The position numbers and the translations under genes are program-made. Shown here piece after piece: positions 11,645 to 24,727 of a stretch of 48,163 nt of DNA. How positions within the stretch are numbered: position 1 is the first letter of the stretch; each line of letters opens with the position of its first letter. A model generated the notes under the pieces. That model was given only the letters and a program-made list of their open reading frames with translations, was not told the DNA's origin and did no database searches. The DNA comes from Chiloscyllium plagiosum (Eukaryota), in assembly GCF_004010195.1 (NCBI RefSeq), contig NW_025215377.1:114026-162188 (forward strand), given 5' to 3'.

Positions 11645-12250
11645 GCGAGCAGAAGAAAAATATCTATACAACATATTCAAGAACAACGGGTACCCGATAT
11701 ACACAGTCCACCGATTCTTAAACAACTGATGAACTGATTAAACAGCAGCTACTGATGAACCTAAAGGACCCTGTACCAACAACCAGCGAAACAAATGTCA
11801 TTTCCAAAATACCCTGCAAGGACTGCAACAAACACTACATTGGACAGACACAGGAAAATAGCCACCAGTATACACGAACACCAACTAACCATCAAAAGGC
11901 AATACCAGTTATCACTAGTATTCTTACTCATAGACGAAGGAGGACACCACTTTGACTGGGACAACACACCCATCCTAGGACAGGTTAAACAGAGACACGC
12001 ACAGGAATTCCTCGAGGCCTGGCATTCAAACCGGAATTCCATCAATAAACACATCGAGTTGGACCTCATTTACCAACCTTAGAAAAAGAACCGGAAATGA
12101 TATCATCCACCTTAACAGACCAAGATACTTAAATAGAAAGTTGGACAGAACACAAGTGTTTCACCGGAGGCTCAGTGATGATGTTACCTAGCATGGTGAC
12201 GAAATGTCTGAGAACAAACCTACCAGCTCAGTGAGCAAACTTACAATTTG
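11645..12250 (+). mobile_element. Second Penelope-like family: RT thumb, GIY-YIG endonuclease and 3' terminus
   Basis: YLYNIFKNNGYP; TNVISKIPCKDCNKHYIGQT; IHEHQL; HHFDWDNTPILGQ..EFLEAWHS..SIN, with frameshifts. Confidence 0.9.
12171..12212 (+). ncRNA. Decayed minimal hammerhead of the second Penelope family
   Basis: CUCA-[G]UGAUGA-U-GUUACC-UAGCAU-GGUGAC-GAAA-UG-UC-UGAG. Stem I (CUCA/UGAG) and stem II pair, but the first core C is G and the palindrome is broken. Confidence 0.65.
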
Positions 12251-13236
12251 GAACACTATCCTCAAAACCTCAAATTTCTAAACTGAAGGGCAAATAACCC
12301 AGGTTTATGCAACATTTCTTCAGATTGTAACTCTTCTATCCCTGATATTATTCTATAGATTCTCCATTGTACCCTTTCCAAGGACAATGTAGCCCTCCTG
12401 AAGTGTAGTGCCCTGGGTGATCAACTATAGCCCAGTGTATTACACTGGATTCAGAATGTTGTAGGTTTGATCCTCCCATTCCCCAGGAGTCAACACAAAA
12501 GTCCAGGCTGATAACTCAGCGCACTGCACAGAGAAAGTGTTGTACTGTCAGAGATTCAAAGGCATCTGGATGAGTATATGATTAGGAAGGATTTGGAGGG
12601 ATATAGGCCAAATGTGATTAGATTAATTTAGGATATCTGGTCAGCATGGACAAGTTGGACCAAAGAGTCTGTTTCCATGCTGTACATCTCTACGACTCTT
12701 TCACTGTGTGCAAATCTCTGAATGGGGCTCTGCATTTCTCTCGTCAAATGTGGAAAGAGAGGATTCTTGAAAAGAAGAGAGCTGCAGAGAGGCACAGAGA
12801 GGGAAAGAGTTCCAGAGATCAGGATCTAGACTGCTGCAGGCAAGACTGCCAATAGCAAGGTAAATAAAATCTGGAACAAAAACAAAGAAGGTGCCATAAA
12901 AAGACAGCAGGTTTGGCATAAGTAGGAAAAGCTTTGTTTCTATTATTGAATAAAATCAGGGTTGTGTGGAGGAGTTCAGAGATCTCAGAGAGTACTAGAG
13001 TTGGGGAAAGATTACAGAAATAGGGCAGAGCAAAGTCATGTCGGAGTTCCGAAACAAGACTGAGAATTTTTACAAATCAGCCTTCTGGGACTAAGTACCA
13101 GTCAGCCAATACAGAGAAGTTATGGGAGGCCAAGAGCATTGGAATAGTCAAGGATCGAAGACATTGCTGAGGGATCCAATTACAATGGGAACCCAATGGG
13201 CAATGAAACAAAGATGGAAACAGGCAGTATTAGTGA

Positions 13237-13356
13237 CACTAGGAGAAAGTGAGGTCTGCACATGCTGGAGATCAGAGTCGAGAATGTACTGCTGGAAAAG
13301 CACAGCTCCTTGGATGCTGCCTGACCTACTGTGCTTTTCCAGCAACACACTCTCGA
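13237..13356. mobile_element. Fold-back Penelope-terminus mini element
   Basis: gctggaaaagcacag ... ctgtgcttttccagc; TSD cagtattagtga (13225-13236, 13357-13368). Confidence 0.75.
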
Positions 13357-13903
13357 CAGTATTAGTGATACTGCAGCTGAAAGCTCATCTCAGGGTCAAA
13401 TATAACAGCAAGGCCATGAAAGATGGTTCAATCTATGACAGTTCTGCTCAACCAGTCCTGGATGTCAGAGGAGCAGTCATCAAAAACAATGGAGGAGTGG
13501 TCGGGAGTTAGAGCTGCTGTTAAATGGGCCAAATGGTCCTATTTCTTATGGTCCTATGTGAAAATCCATGCTGTGTCTTCAGAGGATATTGCCATAGGGA
13601 AATGAATAGATGAGAATGATGATGTGCCAAAGATAGCCTGTTGGAAGACACCAGCAGGAATGGTATGGGAGCAGGAAGAGAAGTCACTGCGGCAGACTAT
13701 TGGGTGACAGCTAGATAGGGAAGTCTGAAATCCTGGATGTAAGCAGTCTGATCTGTCATTAACGACAGTATGAGGGCTCTACACATCCACAGGGTCAGGA
13801 GTTAAATTTTATACTAGGGACCAAGGTGTTACACAAAAGAGGTACACTAGCGATGAATGACAACACCATGAGTAGTTTGATGTCAGTGGGTGAAAGCGAT
13901 TAC

Positions 13904-13990
13904 CTGTGGTTCTTGTTCATTGCTGCAACCATCAGTGGGGTCCAACCCAGTTTGTGCCGATGAGAGGCGGAGACACCAGAGGCCAGCAAC
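13904..13990 (-). CDS. CLPB: CLPB exon 3 (87 bp), ankyrin repeat
   Basis: tttcctgtag|GTTG...CACAG|gtaatc encodes LLASGVSASHRHKLGWTPLMVAAMNKNH(S), compared with human [29 protein letters not shown]. Confidence 0.96.
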
Positions 13991-15094
13991 CTACAGGAAA
14001 GGCAATGCATTACGGTCAGTACAATGACTTACACACAACTAAGTCATCTGGCCCTTGCCCGCTGCCAACCTTCACCTCTTCTAATGGACCATGAGCCTTT
14101 TACTGGAAAAACAGATCGACAGAATACAAACATATGAATTAGGAACAAGCCTAAGCTCCTTGGTCCCTCCAACTTGCCTTTCACCCCCTTTCTGAATTTA
14201 TCTCGGTCTTGAAATTATTCTCAGACTTTGCTTCCACCACCTTTTGAGGAAGAGATTTCCAAGACTCACACCCATCTATGAGAAAACATGTCTCCTCATT
14301 GATGTCTTAAACAAGCAGCCCATTATTTTCAAACAGTGGCCCCTAGTTCTAGGTTTTCTCAAATCAAGTAACAACTCCATATAGATCCTGTCAAGACCCC
14401 CCTCCTTGTGTTTCAATCAAGTTCCCTCTTACTGTTCTAAATGCCAGTGGATACAAGTCACCCTGCCCAACCTTTCCTCATAAAACAACCTACCTATTCC
14501 AGGTATTAGTCTGATAATCCTTCTCTGAATTGAAACACTTGTGAAAAAGCAAAAACAGCAATTACAGAAATGCAAGAGATGCTCTGAGGAGGGTTGGTAT
14601 GGATTTGATGGGCTGAATGGCCTGCTTTCACCCTGTAGGGATTCTACGAATGCATGAAATACAAGTCCCAGCAGTGAATAACCTTCAGCCCATTGCATTT
14701 GTACTAGCTCCCTTGAAGAGATTTCCAAATAGCTCCCCCTTCCCCTACTTATTTCCTCATAGCAGGATTAATATATCCACTTCAAGTGTTTATCCATTTC
14801 CTTTTTGAAAGTTATTAATGAATCTGCTTTGTTTTGAACAATGCATTTCAGATCATAACAATTCACTCTGTAAAACTAATTCTAAAATCCCCTGTGGATC
14901 TCTTATCCATCAGCTTAAATCTCTGCACTCAGTTTATCAACCTCCAGCCAAAGGAAACAGCGATCGGTGTCAAAATACCACATACTGTGAACAACATCCC
15001 ACAGTTATACAATGTCCATTAGCATAATAGAATGACCAGAAGTACTTCAAGTAGCAAAATTGGACAAAATTCCACAATGAGCCACATTGGAATT

Positions 15095-15318
15095 TTTAAA
15101 AATAATTCATTCAAGGTACATGGATGTTGCAGTCTGGGCCCAGCATTTATTGCCCGTCCTAGTTGCCCCTTGAGATGGTGGGAAGTGAGATACCTTCTTG
15201 AATCGCTGTAGTCAGTGTGCTGTAGGTAGACCCATGATGTTGTTAGGGAGGGAATCCAAGGATTTTGACCCAGTGATACTAAAGGAACAGTGATATACTT
15301 CCAAGTCAGGGTGGGGAG
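15095..15318 (-). mobile_element. L2-type LINE 3' fragment
   Basis: Shared with 10175-10310, 25660-25875 (+) and 34905-35370. Confidence 0.7.
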
Positions 15319-15499
15319 TGGCTTTTGATTTGATTTGGTTTATTTTTATCATATGCACCGAGATACAGGGAAATGTTTTACGTGCTAACCAGACAAATCA
15401 TACCATTCAGAAGTACATCAGGGTAATAAAACAGAATGTAGAATATAGTGTTACAGCTACAGAGAACATCAACTCAGATATAGGAAAGGACCATTCATG

Positions 15500-15762
15500 G
15501 GTCTGATAACAGCGAGGGGTGGTAGATATATGACAGATGTCAGAGGTAGTTTCTTTACTCAGAATGTAGTAGAGGATGGAACGCACTGCCTGCAACAGTA
15601 GTAGACTCACCAACTTTAAGGGCATTTAAATGGTCATTGGATAGGCATATGGATGAAAATGGAATAGTCTAAGATAGATGGGCTTCAGATTGGTTCCACA
15701 GGTCAGCACAACATCGAGGGCCAAACGGCCTGTCCTGCGCAGTAATGTTCTATGTTCTATAC
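15500..15762 (+). mobile_element. CR1 3' end of a different subfamily (tgttcta tail), inside a Rex1-like remnant
   Basis: FFTQNVVEDGTHC-like CR1 end; tail aatgttctatgttctat. Confidence 0.7.
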
Positions 15763-16169
15763 TGTTTTTGAATCTGTTGGCATATATTTTCAAACTTTTG
15801 CTGATTGAAAGAGAGTATAACCAGGGTGGGAGAGGTCTTTGGTTATATAGGCTGCTTTCCCGAGGCTGTGGGAAGTGTTGACAATGTCAGTATTAGGCAA
15901 GTTGGTTTGCCTGATGGACTGGGCTGTGTTCACAACTCACTGTAGTTTCTTGTGGTCTTGGGCAGTGCAGTAACCATACCAAGCTGGATAGGATGCTTTC
16001 TATGATGCTAAGAATCCTTGTGGATGTGCTGAATTTCCTTAGCCTTCTGAGTCTGCTCCACAATTCCATCATGGCTGATATGTTTCTCAATCCCATTCTC
16101 CTGCCTTTGCCCTATAACCTTTGATCCCTTTATTAAGCACCACCTATCTCTGACTTAAATACACTCATC

Positions 16170-16515
16170 ATAGAGTTCCTACCGTGTGGAAGCAAGCCAA
16201 TTATCCCAATGAGTCCACACCAACTTACCCAGACTCACTCCCTCTCTTTAGCCCATTCCTGTAACACTACATTTCCCTTGACTAATCCACCTAACCTGCA
16301 CATCCCTGAACACTATGGGGCAATACATTTCCCTTGGCCAATCCACCTGACCTGCACATCTTTTGGACTGTGGGAGGAAATCGGAGCACCCGGAGGAAAC
16401 CCACGCAGACACAGGGAGAATATGCAAATTCCACACAGACAGTCATCTGACGGTAGAATCGAACCACAGCCCTTGGTGCTGTGAGGCAGCAGTGCTAACC
16501 ACTGAGCCACCGCTC
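16170..16515 (-). mobile_element. V-SINE (HE1-like)
   Basis: Reverse-complement similarity to 1105-1430. Confidence 0.85.
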
Positions 16516-16854
16516 CACCCTAAATGACTCAATAACCTGGCCTCCACAGCCTTCTGCTGCAACATGTTCCACAGCATCACCACCTGAAGAAACAACGCTC
16601 CATTCAGTTCGAAGGAAAGTCCTTTCACTGTGAGGCTATGCCCTCTGAAGAAGTAGAAGGCAAATGGGATGGTAGAGGAGAATGTTTTCCACAGCAGTAC
16701 TCAGCTACTCGCTTACATTCCCACAGCCACCAGAGCTGCAGGCCAAAAGCTAGAAAACACAATTAGTTTAGTCATTTTTGTTGACCAGTATGTTCACAAT
16801 GGGCCAAATAGCCTCCTTCTGCCCTGTAAATATCATGACTCACACTACTGCTGC

Positions 16855-17100
16855 TAAGCATCAGTGGTGGAGGAAGTGGATGTTTGTGGATGTGGTGCCA
16901 ATCAAGTGGGGGCTGCTTTGTCCTGGATGGTGTCAAGCTCCTTGAGTGTTGTTGGAGCTGCCTCCATCCAGGCAAGTGGGGAGTATTCCATCACACTGCT
17001 GGCTTGTGCCTTGTAGATGGTGGGACTGGGTTTGGGGAGTCAGGAGGGGAGTTATTCCCTGCAGTATTCCCGGCCTCTTAACCTGCTCTTGTACACACCA
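16855..17100 (-). mobile_element. L2-type LINE RT C-terminal fragment
   Basis: Near-identical to 35245-35370; minus strand gives MEYSPLAWMEAAPTTLKELDTIQDKAAP. Confidence 0.75.
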
Positions 17101-18515
17101 CTTCGATGGCTAATTCAGTTCATTTCAGTACCAGTACTCAAAACCTTGATCCTTCAGGAAGCATAGTAAAAAGGAGCGAGGGAGAGGTTTCAGGAGAAAA
17201 TTCCAAAGTTCAGGACCCAGGCAGCTAAAGATACGGCCAACACTGATGGAACAATGAAAATGAGAATGATCAAGAGACTGGAATGGAGGAGTGCAGTTAC
17301 CTCAGAGAGAGAGCATTACATGCTGATTCATACAGTGGGAGTGCAATAATGAATTAGACTGTGCAATGGGAGAGTTGGACATTGAACATTCAACAGCTGT
17401 GTCAGACTAACTGAGGTGCCTGGCTACCTGTGACAGATATAAACTGTCCCAAAAGAAAACAGATGGAACCCATCTGGTCAGTGCTGCAGATGCTGTCGTG
17501 TTAAGTGATACTGTTCCGTGCAGGCACCTACTTGAGTCAAAGATCCCTCGACTGATGTAAAACACCCTCGGTGCATCTGGCACATCCTATTGCAATAACG
17601 GGAAAACACAAACACACACAGCAGCTTGCCAGAGTGACAGTGGGGTTTAATGGACTAACCCTTTCAGCCCTGGTATCATTCTGGCAAATCGCTGCTGCAA
17701 AAGACCAGAGTATTCTTTCTAGGGTGCAGTGCCCAGAATTGAACTCAGTGCTCCAGATATTATCTACCCAGGGTCCCTTGGTCGAACTGGAACAAAGCAA
17801 TTGTATTTCAGTCTTTGGGATACAGGACAGCATTCCATGAGCTTTGGTTCTGGGCTGCATTCCTCTCGCCATTGAGTCATTCACTGCTTGAGATCGCCTG
17901 AGCTCCAGAAAATCCTCGTAGCTGTGGATTCTGAATCCTCACGAGTTCAGCAAAGCGAGTAGACAAGAGAGGCTGTGCTGTGAGTTCAGTAATCGGCAGA
18001 TCCTGGCCAGAAGGACATGAGGCTAGTTTGGAAACAGAGAGATTGGGGCCATACAGAGAGCTCAGAGGGGAGGGAAGGACCAGTGGAAGCTCAGTTAAAA
18101 TGCCCACACACGATCAACTATTCTGCTGACCGTAGGATGCCAGTGGTTCCAGAAGACAGCTCACCACCACCTTCACCAGGAGGATAAATGCTGGTTCAGC
18201 CAGCCACACCCCATCTCCCATCAACAAACAAAACATGGTCAGCATGTAGAAAACAGGAGCAGGAGAAAGTCACTGTAATCCTCTAGCCTGTTCTGCCATT
18301 TAATAATAACACCGTTAATCTGATAGCGATCTCAAATTTACTTTCCCACTGACTCCAGATAACCTTTCGCAAAATCTTAGAAAATAGGGGGTAGGCCACT
18401 CAGCCCTTTGAGCCTGTTCCACCATTCCATATGATCGTGGCTAATGATCCAACTCAGTACACTCTTCCCATTTATTTCCCATACCCTTTGATCTCTTTAG
18501 CCCCAAGAACTATAT

Positions 18516-18651
18516 TCTGAGGAACAGTCATCCAACCCGAAACGCTAACTCCAATCTCCCTTCACAGATGCTGCCAGACCTGTTCAGCTTTTCCAGCATT
18601 TTGTGTTTTTGTCTCTGATTTACAGCAGCCGCAGTTTTCTCGGTTTTTATT
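18516..18651 (+). mobile_element. Short Penelope-terminus-like element of another family with a decayed hammerhead-like motif, inside a CR1 fragment
   Basis: ctgagga...cccgaaacgctaac; flanked by aactatatt / aactacatt; related to 27862-28024 and about 34260-34450. Confidence 0.55.
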
Positions 18652-19142
18652 AACTACATTATCACCTTCTTCAAAACATTCAAAATTATGGCCTCAATTC
18701 CACTATCCTTTGGGTGAAGATATTTCTCCTCATTGCAATCCTAAACAGCCTATCACGTTTCCTCAATTCTGTGAGGATTGATTCAGGATTCCCTCGTCTT
18801 TGGGAACACCCTTCCTGTATTGATCCTGTCCAGTCCTGTTAGGGTTTTGTAGTTTTCTCGGAGATCCCCCCCCTTATTCTTCTAAACTCCAGTGAAGACA
18901 GCATGGTGAGTGAAGGGTAGGGGAGCCTGGGTCATTGGCTCAGAGAAACCAAAATTCAAGCTATGAAGGGATGGGAAGGCTTCAGCTGCCTCAGCTATCA
19001 GTAGGCCCATTCCAGAGAGCTGAGCACAAAACCAAAGCTGATGCTTCCAATGTCACCCAGCAAAACTCCTTCACTGGTGGAGAAGAGACCTTTTAGAGGA
19101 GGTATTAAACTGAATCCCTGTTTACCCAGAGGTGGAGGGAAC

Positions 19143-19328
19143 AGATAGAGTCATAGAGTTATACAGCACGGAAACAGACCCTTCGGTCCAACCCGTCCAT
19201 GCCGACCAGATATCCCAACCCAATCTAGTCCCACCTGCCAGCACCCGGCCCATATCCCTCCAATCCCTTCCTATTCATATACCCATCCAAATGCCTCTTA
19301 AATGTTGTAATTGTACCAGCCTCCACCA
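19143..19328 (-). mobile_element. Young CR1 3' end
   Basis: Reverse complement nearly identical to about 310-497. Confidence 0.9.
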
Positions 19329-19664
19329 CAGTCCATTTTCACAATCCCAAGACTCTGTTTCAAAGGGGGAGCTCTCTCTGGTGACCTGGCACTGTATAAC
19401 TGACTAAATGACGAAGCATTGCTGGTACCAGGAACTTGCTGCATTAGAACTACCTTCTCCATTATGTTGTTTTAAACATTTTTCACAGAATGTGGGTGCC
19501 GGTATTTCTTGCACACTCCTAACTGTCCCTTGAAAAGTTAGCTCGGCCATTTCAGGGGGCAGTTAAGAGTCAACCACATTGCTATGGGTCTGGAGTCACA
19601 TGTACGGTAGACCAGGTAAGGATGGCAGATTTCCTTCACTAGTGAACCAGACATTTCTTTTATA

Positions 19665-19885
19665 TAGAATCCCTACAGTGTGGAAACAGACCCTTCGGCC
19701 CAACAAGTACACACCAAATCTCCAAAGAGTAACCTACCCAGACCCATTTCCCTACATTTCCCCCTGACCAATGCACCTAACCTACACATCCCTGGACACT
19801 ACGGGCAATTTAGCATGTCCAATCCACCTGACCTGCACATCTTTGCACTGCGGCAGCAGTGCTAACCACGGAGCCACCGTGCCAC
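19665..19885 (-). mobile_element. Internally deleted V-SINE
   Basis: Head and tail match the other V-SINE copies; the central V domain is missing. Confidence 0.75.
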
Positions 19886-22295
19886 ACTCTTTTGATCACC
19901 ATCACCAGGCTCAGCTTTATATGACAGATTTATTAACTGAATCGAAGTTCCACCAACTGCAGTGGGGGGATTTGAACCTCTCTCCCAGAGCATTAGCCTG
20001 CCCAGTGATATTCCAGCTACTAAGAGTCCTGCCAAATTGAAGCACCGTGGAGTATCAAGGTTGTGAAAAGTGCTATAAAAATGCAAGTTCTTCCTGACGC
20101 AGCTCAGAAAGCCTCTGTTTAAAATACAGCTTTAAAAACAAGGTTGAGGATATTTAGAACTCCTTGTCCCACTGAGGGTGGAAGACAACAGAATGAAAAC
20201 TTAGAATGCTGGACATTTGTTTAAGACCATTGAGGATGGAATCAAGAGGGTGTTAGTAGATCAGTCTTCACTTACTAGAATGGGGGGGGGGGGAAGAGTA
20301 GAAGCTGCTTTGAGAAGTGAGATAGCTTCCTGCTGTTTCCAGTCACTTTTGTAAAGGGAAAAATGACATATTTTAAAAATGCAAAAGCATGGATCATAAT
20401 GCTCTCTTTCTTAATTTCATTTTGTAATCCAGACCAGCCTGCTTCTAAAGACCGACCGAGCTCCTGACAGATGTTTCCGCCAGCATTTACTCTCAACCTG
20501 GCCTGGGTTCTGGGTGAGTGACTGCGAGACATTAGGCTGAAGCTGAGTGATGCCAGAGGCTGTGTTTGAGTTTGGGCTCAGCCCCCTCCCCCTCGGTTCG
20601 GAGTGGACTCGGCCGGCCCTGTTTGACAGGTGGATCTTCACCAGCAGTTTAAGGATGAGCAACTTGAACTTTTTGTTTTGCCCCTCTCTGCACCGGCACG
20701 CCCGCGCTCTGACAATGGCAGACTGTTGCCATCCGATTACAACGTCCACTTGTTTGGCAACGGGTTTCAATCTGTTACTGTTGAATAGACCCCCCCTGCT
20801 CCCGAGACCTCTCCACAAAGCCAGAGCCTGTGCAAGCTCTGTTTAACTTTCAGATTTTCACAGCATCAAGCTGACATCGTAGGGGCTCTAGGTCACTACG
20901 GTGAGCTCACAGCATCACCTGCCCTCCCCACCAGCACGGACTGAGGCTCAGTGCATTTCAGTCAGATCCTGTAAAGGATAGGCACTCCGGGGGAACGGTG
21001 GGATGGAATGAAGGAGTTGACACGGTATTCCTTGAAGAAGAGAAGGCCAAGAGGAGATTTAATTGAAGTGTTCAGAATCATGACAGGTCTGTACAGAGTT
21101 TGGTAAAAATGTTTCCACTTGTGAGATGTCCGAGAATGAAAGGGCACAGATTGCAAAATAAATTCTATGAGAAGCAGACGTGAGATGAAAAGAAACTTTG
21201 TCACCCAGCGAGTGGTTAGGGTCTGGAATGTACTCCGAGAGTGTAGGGCTAGCTGGTTCACTTAATAATCAAGGGGGGACTTGCCAGGTAATGCGACCGG
21301 GTGGTCTGAGGTACAGTCCCCTCAGAGGCATGGGATCAAATCCCACCTAAGTTATTGACCCAGGTTCAAATTCCACCATGTCAGAATTCAATATCAATAA
21401 AAAATACATTTGGAATTAAGGGTCTACTGATGACCATGACACCGTTGCTGATTGTTAGAGGACAACCCCATCTGATTCGCTAATGTCCTTTAGGGAAGGA
21501 AATCTGCTATCCTGACCTGGTCTGAACTACTATGACCCGAGACCCATATCCCTGGGATTGACTCTCAACTGCCCTCTGGGCAATTAGGGATGGACAATGA
21601 ATGTGACATAATCCCATGAATTAATTAAAAATAAAAGGACATTCCAAAGGGAATTAGACAGCATCTGAAAAGGAAGAACATGTAGGAGAAAGCAGGAGAA
21701 TGGCACTAAGCGAAATACTCGTTCAGAAAGCCAGCACACACATGATGGGCTGAACAGCTTCCAGTTACACCATTAGAATTCTGTGATCCTGGGTTACACA
21801 GACCATTTTCTTGGTGGCTCAGACCACACAGTGAACCAGAGAACAGTGTACATCAAATACACTGCACACACCCAGGCCATTCGGCCCACACCATTTGTGT
21901 TGGTGCTTATGGTCTACTCCAGCTTCTTAGCATTCTACCTGTATCAGCAGAACCGAGATGATGCAGGTGCTGCTAACCCTCAAATATATCAAAACGTTTT
22001 GTCTCAAACACTCCCTGCAGTCGCTTTCCTGCTTTTCAATCATAACTTTCCAGAAAGAGAATTTTAAATTTAAAAAACTGTTTTGAAATATGGGTATTGC
22101 TCATTATGCCAGCAGTAACTGCCTACGTCCCTAACTGCCCCCTGAGCTCTGCCTCACTCAGCCATTTCCACTGAAGAGTTCTGCACAATGCGGTGAGTCA
22201 GGAGTCACGTGTAGGCCAGACCCAGTAAGGACGGCAGGTTTCCTTCCCTGAAGGACTTTCACAGAATCACGGCATTGCTATGGCACAGAAATGGC

Positions 22296-22963
22296 GAAGG
22301 AGGCCTGCAGATGCTGGAAATTAGAGTCGAAAGGGTGGTGCTAGAAAAGCACAGCATGTCAGGCAGCATCTGAGGAGCAGGAGAGTCGACGTTTCAGGCA
22401 TAAGACCTTCATCAGGAATGAGGCTGAGTGTCGAAGAGATAAATGAGAGGGGGTGGGAAGGTAAACATCTCCAGGACACCCGCACCAACCAACCCCACTG
22501 CCCCTCCCACTCTGCCCAGGACATACAGGTCCTGGGCCTCCTCCTTCGCTGCTCCCTCACCACCCGACGCCTGGAGGAAGAACGCTTCATCTTCCGCCTA
22601 AAGACCCTTCAACCCCAGGGCATCAACCAACCCCAGGGCATCAACGTGGACTTCACCAGTTTCCTCATTTCCCCTCCCCCCACCTTATCCCAGCTCCAAC
22701 TTTCTAGATCAGCACCACCCTCATGTCCTGTCCATCCTCTTTCCCACCTATCCACTCCACCCTCCTCTCCAACCTATCACCTTGACCCCCACCTCCATCC
22801 ACCAATTGCACTCTGAGCTACCTTCCCCCCAGCCCCCTTCCCATTTATCTCTCCACCCCCTCGGCTCACAGCCTCATTCCTGATGAAGGGCTTATGCCGA
22901 AACGTCGACTCTCCTGCTCCTTGGATGCTGCCTGACCTATTGGGCTTTTCCAGCACCACACTC
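22296..22963 (+). mobile_element. Internally deleted Penelope-like element with inverted termini
   Basis: Inverted ends at about 22335-22460 / 22830-22960; core ...TTRRLEEERFIFRLKTLQPQGINVDFTSF; 16-bp TSD atggcacagaaatggc (22280-22295, 22964-22979); hammerhead-like cores at 22388-22415 (-) and 22880-22906 (+). Confidence 0.92.
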
Positions 22964-23044
22964 ATGGCACAGAAATGGCCATTTGGTCTGTCTTGACAGC
23001 ACTGGCTCTATTAGCTGCTGCCAATCACATTAGTGCAAGAGAGA

Positions 23045-23600
23045 AAGTCCCGGACCTCCCATGTAGACGCAATAGTCAAGAAAGCACAACAACGCCTCTT
23101 CTCCCTCAGGCGGCACAGGAAATTCAGCATGTCCGTATGGACCCTCACCAACATCTACAGATGCACCATTGAGAGCTTACTGTCTGGGTGCATAACGGCC
23201 TGGTACGGCAACTGCTGTGCCCCAGACTGTAAGAAACTACAGAAGGTGAAGTGCGCAGCCCAGACCATCATGGGAGCCAACCTTCCATACGTGGACTCAG
23301 TCTACACCTCTCATTGCCTTGGAAAGGCTGCCAACATCATCAAAGATCCATCACACTCCAGTAATGCTCTCCTACAACCCCTTCTGTCAGGCAGAAGATA
23401 CAGAAGCCTGAACAAACGCACCAACAGGTTCAGGATCAGCTTCTTCCCTGCCATTATGAGACTGATGAATGGACTCTCTAGCCTCAATAAGCAATCTAAC
23501 CTGTGTGCCTCTCTGTACATCCTTGCTTACTATGATGTGCCCAGTACTACTCATAAACAAATATTTTCACTGTACCTTGGTACACATGACAATAAATTGA
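23045..23600 (+). mobile_element. Rex1/Babar-type LINE 3' fragment
   Basis: KKAQQRLFSLRR...YRCTIESLLSGCITAWYGNC...KKLQKV...IIKDPSH..LLSGRRYRS..RTNRFRISFFPAIMRLMN; 3' tail tacacatgacaataaa. Confidence 0.9.
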
Positions 23601-24727
23601 TGAATGGGAGTGATGGGACAGGAGAGTGAGTGAAAATATGAGTGAGAAAGTGGGAGAGAGAGCCAAGGGCATGGGACAGAAAGGTCGACAAAAACAGCCT
23701 GGACGTGCCAACTGTGAAAGTCAAATAGAGAAAAACGAAGAGAGAGAGAGAGAGAAGAACAGATGTGGACATGACCAGTAAGATCGGCACTGACTCCTCA
23801 TCCACAGGGGAGTCACCTTGAATACAACGGAGTGACTCACTTCAGACAGCAGCTTTGAGTCACTGTGGGTCTGGAGGCACAGAAGAGAGTTGACTGGGCA
23901 AGGACAGCAGATTTCCTTCCCAACACCATTGCATGTTATGGTGCAGAAGGAGGCCATTCAGCCCTTTGTGCCTGCGCCTGTAATCAACAGTCATCATTAC
24001 CCAGTGCCAATCTCCTGCCTTTTTCCTGTATTGCTGCACATTGCCTGGGGATAGAATGTAGAGAATGGGACTGACTGGGTTGCTGTACGGACAGCCAGCA
24101 CAGAATGAGTGGGATGACGGCTTCCTTAGGGGCTGTTTGCTTCGGGCTGTGATAACCTACCTCAGGTGTGAGATTATGAGAGAGGCAGCCAAACAGAGAG
24201 GAAGTGGGAGCATGAGAGAGAAAATGCAAGAGGTAACATGTGAAAGAGGCTGTGAGAGAGGGGGTGCAGGAGATTTAGAATTAACCTTTATTGTCATTAA
24301 CCTTTATTGTCATGCGCACTCAAATAAATGCAGTGACACATTTGTAATGTCACCACTTATGGCACCATATTGGGTACAGGGTACCTGGGCACAGGTACTT
24401 CAGTATTTGTTACAGAATTGAAAGAATAAATAAAGTCCAGCATAGGAACACAGAGTTTTTAAAAAGTATTTGAATTACAGCCCTTTCACTCAGTCTGTGC
24501 CAACACTCAGCCTCCACACCACAACAGGCTTCAAAACCCCACCACAAGGGACTCTCCTTCCCCCAATCGCCCCGCCGTGGCAGCCTCCAGTCAGGGACTC
24601 ACCTCCAGGACTTGCCTCCCTGTGACACCCCTGACCCAGGTCTTGCTTCCTGCAACAGGGAACACAGAACAGAGAGAAATACAAGAGACAGCACACGCGA
24701 GACAGCATGAACAAGAATATATCTGGG

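Noticed and set aside
23033..23629. 198-aa ORF as a host or domesticated gene
   Set aside because: It is the truncated C-terminus of a Rex1/Babar RT, with no splice context or RT catalytic core.
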